Assembly: GCA_016748015.1 (NCBI GenBank)
Contig: JAAOMT010000326.1
Span: 38,483 to 102,482, forward strand
DNA length: 64,000 nt
Direction of reading: 5' to 3'
Origin: Geosiphon pyriformis uo1
Taxonomy: Eukaryota; Fungi; Glomeromycota
The notes under the pieces are model-generated. The model was given only the letters and a program-made list of their open reading frames with translations, was not told where the DNA came from and made no database searches. The position numbers and the translations under genes were made by a program. This document shows positions 52,174 through 61,357 of the stretch, piece by piece (positions within the stretch are counted from its first letter, which is position 1; every line of letters begins with the position of its first letter).

Positions 52174-55100
52174 GTGGCAGAATCAGAAAATATAGGAGCA
52201 AACCATTTAGGATTTGTGAAATCCTTATTTCAACACTATTGTCAGCACTTGGGGTTAAACCACAATCATATATCTGCCAAATCAGCCTTTAATTTCTACG
52301 TTAACAAAAAAATTTTTTTTTTGTTAGGAACACCAGTAAATACTAAAGCAGCAAGGGAAACTTTCTACAGAGAATTAATTCAAAACACCAACCTATCAAC
52401 AAATCATAATTTCGCATTCATTATTACTGAGATCAACAAAAAAATTGAACATCACATCCAACAAAGGTATCCAATTACATACACTAATAAAGGCAAAGGA
52501 AAACTACAAACACCAGCAGTAACTTCCAGAAAGATACAACTACCTACTTGGAAGAAGACAAAAATTAAATCACCAACCAATCCATCTTATTACTATACAC
52601 CCGGAAGCACCATCAACATTGTATTAACAGATGTGTTCACATTAAACATGACATCAGTATTTGGACAATTCCCATTCCAAAGTAAACAAAGAAAAACAGA
52701 ATTATTAGGACCATACAGTAAATACTTCAAAAGATTTAAATCGTGATCACCAACACCATCAGGAATTCAATCACTGCCGTCTCAACCAGACTTTGAAACT
52801 GCTACCCTGCGGGAACTATTGGAAGAAGAAGAGGAAGAAGAATCAGAAGATCAGGAATTTACTTACCAAAACCTGATCCTTGAAAACCCAGAATTTGGAA
52901 CCCCAAACATTTAAACTCAGCGAGAAAATCCAGAAATTGAAACTCTGAATATTCAAGCACTGCAAAATCAAAACCCTGAAGTAATTAATCAATACTTACC
53001 ACCAGTTATTATTATCAATCAACCACCAGTGGAACCAATTGGCCAGCCCATCCAAATACCGAACCAATAAAATCAACAACCACCCCCAGTACTATCTTAA
53101 CAACAACTACAACTTCTACCACAGCAACAACAACAAATGGCATATGCACCAATTGCAAAGCTCGACAAATTCACCGGCGAAGAAGACAATGCACAAGTTT
53201 GGCTAAATAATGTAAAAAAAGCCATTGCAGCCAATGGATGGAATGACGCCAGAGCCATGCAAGCCATACCCTATTTTCTCAAGGATACAGTGGACTCATA
53301 GTATCAAAGTCTGGTTAACAAACCCCAAGATTTCAATGTCTTCAAACTAGAATTTTTGAGATACTTTAGTAATAACAACAGCATCAACAGATTAGCCAAC
53401 ACTTTTACTACAATTAAACAAGAAGAAACTGAAGCAGTTACCACATATCTGAGATGCTTCTATAGGAATCTGTGACAAATCCAAGCAATTAATGCTAATT
53501 ATTTCACAGCACTATGCCCATTGCATCCAGCCACTCTTTAGGATGCAGTCACACACGCCAGAGATTTTGAATCTGCTGAATTAAAAGCCAATCATGCTCA
53601 CGTCATGAACCTAATGATGAATAAATCATCTGAATTGGATTCTAAATTGAAACAATTCAGTGATTCAATTAATCAGAAATTAGAGAGATACTTAGCTAAC
53701 AATTGTAAAATTTATTAACCACCACAATGATGCAATAATTCAGGAAACGCAAATCATTTCCAAAATCAGTCGTGTTTATCATTATCATCAGCAGCACCTA
53801 ATTAGCAGTGGCAGCCAGAAACGCGTGTTTGCCACAACTGTAGTAAACAAGGACACATAAGAGCAGACTGCAGATTTTATAGCAACAATTTATGATCGGG
53901 AAATCAATATCAAAATCCTGATCGCAGATTTCAAACTCCAAATTGTTATCCAAATCAAGATCAAACTACTTACCTACCAATGATGCAGTCACAAATCTAT
54001 TAACCATCAGTATATCAAACTCCAGTCTATCAAACACCCGCAATTTATCAATTACAACCACAAGTAATTTATCAGCCGCAACCTCAAGTCATTTATCAAT
54101 CCCAACCACAAATTCAAACACAGCCACAAAACTTGCCTCAAAATGGAATCCAAAGGCTAAAAATGATACAACAAAACTGGCAATTGGTGATGGTAGTCCA
54201 CCAACTGATCCCCAGTTCGTCAAATCAGTAAATAGGATCTCGTCAGGGGAATTTGGGTACTGGTGCCACCCAAAACCCGAATTTCCAGAACTATTTAAGT
54301 TTCCTGGTCATCCCAAAAGATGTTCAACCCAATGACCTGGAAACCAACTTCCAATTAACACTTACCAGCAATATCCTACCAGCCACCATCACAGAAGACA
54401 AGTCACTTGCAGCCATATTTCCATTTGAAATTAAAGAACCATCAGAAGTTCCTTTGTTTAGTGGAATCACTATTGAGGAAAAACCCATCATGGCGATGTA
54501 CACCAATGCCAAAATTGATGGCCATTCCATCAAGCTTATTCTGAATAGTGGGTCAGCAGACAGCATTATCACACGACAACTCATAGACCAATTAGATTGT
54601 CGAATTGATTGTGCTGCCAGCACCAGAATCATAACAGCCAATGGAGCAATCAAAACTCCCATTGGCGAAATTGATGATCTACCCATTGAAATTAATGGCA
54701 TTACTGTATCAATCAAGGTACTAGTAATGGAAGCAACACAGTACCAAGCTCTCGTTAACAACAACTGGTTGTCCAAAACCAACACAATGCTCAACTGGAA
54801 CATACAGGAACTCCAACTTAGCCAAAATGACCAACACACGCAAGTACCGGCCACATGTGGCCATTTCAAACCAAACAATGTCACATCATTAATGCTGCTT
54901 ATTGATTTTGAGGAGGAAAAACCAAAGCCTACTTGGGAGGCGTACCAAGTATTGTGGGCCAATATTGAGCACAATGAGCTACCACTAATTCTAGACTGGG
55001 AAGAAAAGAACAATAAAAAAGGAAAAGAAATAGAAACAGAAGAACATACCTGGGAAACCACTATTAATGCCTGGAACAACAACAATGAAAGTAAAGCAAT

Positions 55101-58100
55101 GTCAACCAACTGGGAAGAAAAAGGGAAAGGAAAGGAGAAAGAAGAAGACTTACCTGAAAAAGCCAACGAAGCCACAGAGAAAATAACCAGTGGCTAAGAA
55201 AGAAAATACTTATGGGAGCCAGTGAAGAAGCCACCTTACATTCCCTTAAAATATCAGAACTGTAAGAAGAAACTTTCTTCCATGGAAGCATGGATTGCGC
55301 TAGACGAAGACTATTGGATGCGAACTCACTACTACTGCAAACCATGCCATAGAGAACGCTATGATTACCCAAAACAACAAAGCAAGTGGGACAATGAACC
55401 ATATCTTGCTTGTGGTCAACAGTTACTCAATGAAGAAATGTGGAACAACATTCCTGGTCAAGGAGGAATGTGCAACACTTCATGCCAATACACGATCCTC
55501 ATCAGTGATTAGGTGAGTTGCGGCATGCCCATAACAGCCACCTGGCACCAAGCAATCTCTTGCTTAGAAGGTTACTCACATGATGAAGACAAAATCTGGT
55601 GAATGGCCAATGCCAAAGTAGAAAGTGCTTCACCCAGTGAAATTCTGGAAATCAAGAACAACCTTTCAGAACCAACAAACATTGTTTTGGTTCTCAACCT
55701 GGATGCCTTTCTCAACTTAGAAAACAGCCCAGAAGAATTTTATCAACACTATCAGAACTTAGCACCCACCAGAAAAGAGCAGGAACAAAGATTGGAAGAA
55801 ATAAACACCTGACTATGTGATCATTGTTTGATCCTATGTAACTTTTAGTATTGCAATGAGTGTGACCTCATTTACAATCCACCACCATGCATGATCTACA
55901 TGATCCCTGAAGAGGAAAAACCAATTAGCAGCTGTGCATCGGAATCAGAATCGATTTTCAATTCTGATTCAAACTCTGACAAGGATGATAATGAAAACAC
56001 CAGTTCCAGCTCTGTTCAAAATAGAATTAACAATAACAATGATTCCAACTTAGATTTAAACTTCAATTTAAACTACAAACAATATATCGTGATCTCCGAC
56101 CTTACCAAGAAACAGAAACTTAAATGGTTCAACAATAACAATAAAGGTATTATATCAGAACATGTACATGATATGGATGCTGGATTTGATCTGAGATATC
56201 CCAGAAAAGAGGCCATTAAATTGGAACCACATTTGTGCATCTACATTGATCTGAAAGTAGCTTTAGAAATTTCAGCAACAACAATGATTCAACTAGCATC
56301 TAGGAGTAGTTTAGCAAAAAGAGGGATAAACATCAGAGGAGGAATAATTAACACAGGATACGTAGGAAATATCATTGCTATGCTACAAAATGATTCAAAA
56401 AAGGCCTATATTATAAAGCCAAATAAAAAGATAGCACAAGCAATATTCCTGTCTCTAGTGAAAATAGCTCAGTTAGTGTCAGTGGGAAATAGAGAAGAAT
56501 TAGGGATAACAGCTAAAAGAATACAGGGATTTGGATCAATGGGTAGAATAGATATACCAGTTAATATGGCGGAAGAAGAAATTGTTAGCCAAAGAGAATT
56601 TATCTCAACCAGTCAAGCAATTTTTATTCCACCATATGACCAATACATAGTAGAAATAGAGAGGAAGATGAAGGATCAAAACCAAATTTTTGAAGCAGAG
56701 ACAAGTCTTTACGAGTCAGGAGAGATTGGACTTATCAATCTTTACATACCAGCCAAAAAGTATAGCCACATAAAAATTCCCATCTACAATAACACTGGAA
56801 GTGTTGTCCAGATACTAGAAGAAACTACCATTGGATATTTGACTACAGAAATAGAAGATTAACCACCAAGCACCATTCTAGACTTTCCACAGCTTTGTGG
56901 ATATGTTAATATTACATCACAAACAATATATGGATGAAGCGAATGTTATTTGCTCCAACCAGAACAATTGGAACAAATAAACATGGAAAACTTAGATCCA
57001 CTCCAATGTATGCAGCTCAAGATATTGCTCAACCAGTTCAACGACATCTTTGCCAGTGAAAATAAGTTTGGCCGAACTGATATCATTCAGCATCAAATCA
57101 AGACTGGAGATACAATGCCAATTAAACAAAGAGCATACAGAATGCCACCAGCCAGCCACAAGATTATTTGTCAAGAGATAAACCAAATGCTTGACAACGG
57201 ACTAATTCAACCATTAATAAGCCTCTGGTCGTTATCAGTGGTACTTGTCCATAAGAAGAATAGCAAAATTCGATTTTGTATGAACTACAGAAAACTCAAT
57301 GGCGTAATTTGTGAAGACAGCTATCCAACTCCACAAATACAGGAATTATTTGATGCTTTCGGTGGGAACAAATAGTTCTCAACATTAGACTTAGACAGTA
57401 GTTACTGGCAAGTAGCCATGGATCCAGCCGACAAAGAGAAGACAGCATTCACTACTAGAGAAGGGAATTTCAAATTTGAAGTGATGCCATTTGGCTTAAC
57501 CAATACTTCAGCCACTTTCCAATGACTAATGGAAATTGTATATACTGGCTTATTATGGAAATCAGTAATTGTATACTTGAACGACACCAATGTATTCTCA
57601 AAAACATTTGATGATCATCTTCATCATCTTCAACAAGTGTTTGAAAGACTAAGAAGAACAGAACTAAAGTTAAATGCAACAAAGTGCTTCTTTGACAAGA
57701 CAGAACTAAAATTCTTGGAACACATAGTCAGCAAAGATGGCATCAAAATGGATCCAGAGAAAATAGAGATAGTAAAAAACTTTCCAGTGCTGACCAATAT
57801 GACAGAACTGAAATCATTCTTGGGATTCACCAGCTACTATTGACGTTTTATCAAGAACTTTTCTAAGATAGCACAGCCACTCAACCAACTGCAAACCAAG
57901 AATACAAAATATGAATGAACAGAAAGTTAACAAGAAGCTTTTGATATTCTGAAAAGAAAGCTCATTCAAGCTCTGGTACTAATCTATCTAGATCACAGCA
58001 AACCATTCATCATTACCACTGATACATCTGGCTAAGTATTGGGAGCAGTACTATCTCAAAGAGGATCAGATGGCAAAGAACATCCAGTAGCATATGCCAG

Positions 58101-58377
58101 CCAAGATCTAACACCAGCCAAAAAAAACTATGGAACACCAGAACAAGAACACTTAGCAATCTATTGGGCAGTTTTGAAATAGAAAAAATACTTGAGCCAA
58201 AAGTTTGAGGTGTATACAGATCACAAAGGATTGACATCACTCCAAAAACAAGAATTTGGAAACAGAAAACAGTCAAGATAGAAAATAGCACTTGTACCAT
58301 ATACTTATATTATACATTATAAAAAGAGAAAAGACAATGGAAATGCCGACAGTTTGTCACAAATAAGACAAATCTAA
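52174..58377 (+). pseudogene. A3 ORF1: single-frame N-extension, Gag, protease, Cys-rich domain, dUTPase, RT, RNase H
   Basis: ORF fragments at 52114, 54253, 55222, 55603, 55891, 56950 and 57529 share frame 1; CHNCSKQGHIRADC 53830-53871; LILNSGS; MPFGL; YLNDTNV; stops are transition-type. Confidence 0.93.
56119..56550 (+). pseudogene. dut: dUTPase domain within A3 ORF1
   Basis: All five motifs recognisable: AGFDL, ASRSSL, GGIINTGYVG, IAQAI, KRIQGFGS. Confidence 0.92.
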
Positions 58378-58438
58378 GAACATTTCAACCCAAAAATATA
58401 ACAAAACCAAAACAATACCCACGAAAATATAACAAAAG

Positions 58439-60502
58439 ATGAACACACAAAAATATCAACAACTTCAACATTATATAGATACTCAACAATTCAAGGAGAA
58501 ATTATCTCAACCAGAACAAAAGAGAATCAAACAACAATCCAAATATTTTATCATTCACCAAAATATACTTTATCAGAAAAATAGAAAAGATTCAGATCAA
58601 CCAACCAGAGTAATTACAGAACCAGAAAAAGAGACAATACTGTTCAACATGCACTTAGATCCAACTGCAGGACATTTTCATAAAGAAACAACCATGGAAA
58701 GAACCAGAAAGAGATACTATTGGCCATTAATATATCCAGAAATCATCCAATATGTGCAAAATTGTGATGCTTGTCAGTGAAAAAAAGGAACAAGACCCAG
58801 TGAATCATTAAGACCAATCAAAGTGGAACAACCATTTGACTGTATTGGAATTGATTTAGTCAGACCATTAACAATTACCAGCAGAAAAAACAGATACATA
58901 GCAGTAGCTATGGACTATCTTACTAAATGGCCAAAAGCAAAAGCAATTCAAAGAGCAGATGCAGAATCCATTGCCAAATTCATTTATCAGAATTTGATTT
59001 GTTGACATGGATGTCCAAAAGAATTGTTATCAGACCAAAGAACGCATTTTGTGAACAGAACATTAACAGAATTGAGCCAAAGATTCGGAATTAAGAGACC
59101 ATTATCATTACCATACCATCTACAAACCAACAGATTAGTCAAAAAATTCAACAGAATATTGTGTGAAGCAATAGCAAAACTCAGCCAAGAAAACCAGAAC
59201 AATTGGGATTTGTTCATACCATTAGTATTATTTACTTATCAGACAATGAGACAAGATACTACACAAGCAACACCATTTAAATTAGTGTATAGGAGAACAG
59301 CAATGTTACCAGTAGAGAGAGAAATTAATACATATCTAGTTGAACCAATAACAGAAGAGAATTTTTAAGAAACATTGTGGAGAAGAACATATGACTTAAT
59401 AGAAACATTGGAAAACAAAAAAAGAAAAGCAGCTGATAATATTCAAAAATCACAAGAAAAACAGAAAGAAAGACATGATAGTCAACTACCAGACAAACCA
59501 GTTAAATTCAAGATTAGAGACAAAGTACTCTTATATTGTACCAAAGCGGAAAAACAATGAAGTAGAAAATTTGACCCCAAATGGAACAGACCATTTCACA
59601 TAGAAGAAATTCTAGGAAATAGAGCTTACAAATTGAGACTAGATAACAAAATCTTAACCAAAGCAGCACATGGAGATTGACTGAAACCATATCACAACAC
59701 CATATCACTCTCCATTAGTAATATTCCACAATTAGGAGTACAAAGATTACTAGTCCGACTAGATAAGATTCCATGAGATCTGGAACCAATTATTATAATT
59801 GACAACAACACATGAAATTGATCCATCAAAAGAATATATAAAGACATAGTAGATGTGACAGAAAATATCAGAAAAATGAAGATTACAGACAACATTCACT
59901 CATTAGCACAACTTTTTCAATTGATCCAACACCAAAAAATGAAAATTACAATCAATTAACAAACCATTCGATATCAAAATACCAGAAAGATATTATAACA
60001 CAGAAGACAGAAAATACCAGAAAATACCATTGACAAAATCATTGCAAAAGTAAAAGTGGCAATAAAAAAATTGACAAAAGAGTCAATATATCAAGAGTTA
60101 ACCAAAGAAACTTGGAATTGGTGGATACAACAATTTCCAAGAAAATATTGTTATTTTTACTTGGGACAATATGTGAATATTCAGAATTTATACACAAATA
60201 AAACAAAGCGGTTATTTGACACAACAATACTACAACAACTAGAACATTTTGTGGGGAAAAACAACTTATCCACACAAGCTCGAGCTATATACCAAATACA
60301 CACAGCATTCCAGGATTAACCAGAACTTTTACTCAGCAAAGCAATGGATATGGTTACCAGTAATTAATTGGGAAAGATCACCAATGCTTAATTTGAAGAA
60401 TTATAAACTCAAATAACACAAATAATTCTTAAAAACAAAATCTAGGAAATACTTCAAGAGGGAGAATTAAAAGAGTTGGATTTTGACAGAGCTCAATATT
60501 AA
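58439..60502 (+). pseudogene. A3 ORF2: integrase (HHCC, DDE, GPF-like) plus ~265-aa C-terminal extension
   Basis: Fragments at 58439, 58823, 59024, 59375 and 60056 share frame 2; ends DFDRAQY* overlapping the PPT. Confidence 0.92.
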
Positions 60503-60515
60503 AAGGAGGAAATAA
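60501..60515 (+). promoter_or_regulatory. Polypurine tract of A3
   Basis: aaaaggaggaaataa immediately before the 3' LTR. Confidence 0.85.
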
Positions 60516-61357
60516 TGTTACTTATAGAAATATAGGGAATAGAGATTAGCATAGCCAATCAGAAGTAGACATAGTAAAATGTGGAATTCCAGGATTCCTC
60601 TCAGGAATTACAGGATTTCAGGAATTACAGGATTCTTACAAGGAATTGCAAGATTCCAGAATTCTAGGATTCCTCTCAAAGGAATTGCAAGATTTCTGTT
60701 GTGAAGAATTGAGGAATTGAGGAATCTCAATTATGTATATATAGCAGTAGGATTAAAAGCTGAAAAGACAGACCTCTTAGTTTAGATTTAATCTAAGCAA
60801 TTCTCCAAATCACAATCATCTAATAAATAACTATTTGTTATCTCAAATCCATTTCTACTATCAACATAAAATGTTGATAGTAATTGACACTTAACCACAC
60901 TGAAACAATAGCTCTTGATCATGGCTATTGATGGAATACTAACTTGCAAATTGCCTTGGCTTATTTCTTTTCTTTCTTTATTTTCTTTTCTTTTTTTATT
61001 TTCTTGCTTTGATTTTATTGTTGTTTACTAACTCTATTAAGAATTAATGTGCGGGGCACTAATGTCAGAATAAACGTGACTGGTAAAAGACCCAGGAATA
61101 AGAGTAGAACACTCGATTGAAGATAGCTTACCAGGAGGAATACTGGCCATCAAGCTGAGAAAGAAATTGACAAAACTGCAGTTTTGAGAAGCTACAGATA
61201 AAACTATCACCATTGAATTTCTGTTTATTATACAAAGAACTCAACCAAAACCTTCAGATAACAATACCTTCAGATATTACCAACAACATTATATCAATTG
61301 AGCATCAAATTACGGGTTTGTTATTTGATTTGAGACTCCAAATAATCAACTATAACA
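60516..61357 (+). repeat. 3' LTR of A3
   Basis: Matches 51271-52112; followed by TSD ctgt. Confidence 0.97.

Larger units (their letters stand above)
51271..61357 (+). mobile_element. Ty3/gypsy-type element A3, full length, best-preserved copy
   Basis: Two 842-bp LTRs; TSD ctgt (51267-51270, 61358-61361); empty site matches uninterrupted LINE-b at ~10340-10380. Confidence 0.97.

Noticed and set aside
53943-54335. Ser/Thr-rich alternate-frame ORF (also 20609-21022)
   Set aside because: Off-frame reading of the CAA-rich gag linker; C>T creates stops in the true frame but seldom in this one
54324-55175. 283-aa antisense ORF over the A3 protease region
   Set aside because: Mirror of a stop-free sense frame; no recognisable motifs; only short pieces open in other copies
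52114-58377. Alternative genetic code or programmed readthrough explaining in-frame stops
   Set aside because: Stop positions differ between copies and correspond to Gln, Arg or Trp codons hit by transitions; only the post-RNase H and terminal stops are shared by all
59700-60502. env gene or chromodomain after integrase
   Set aside because: No signal peptide, transmembrane stretch or chromodomain aromatic pattern; region is in frame with IN
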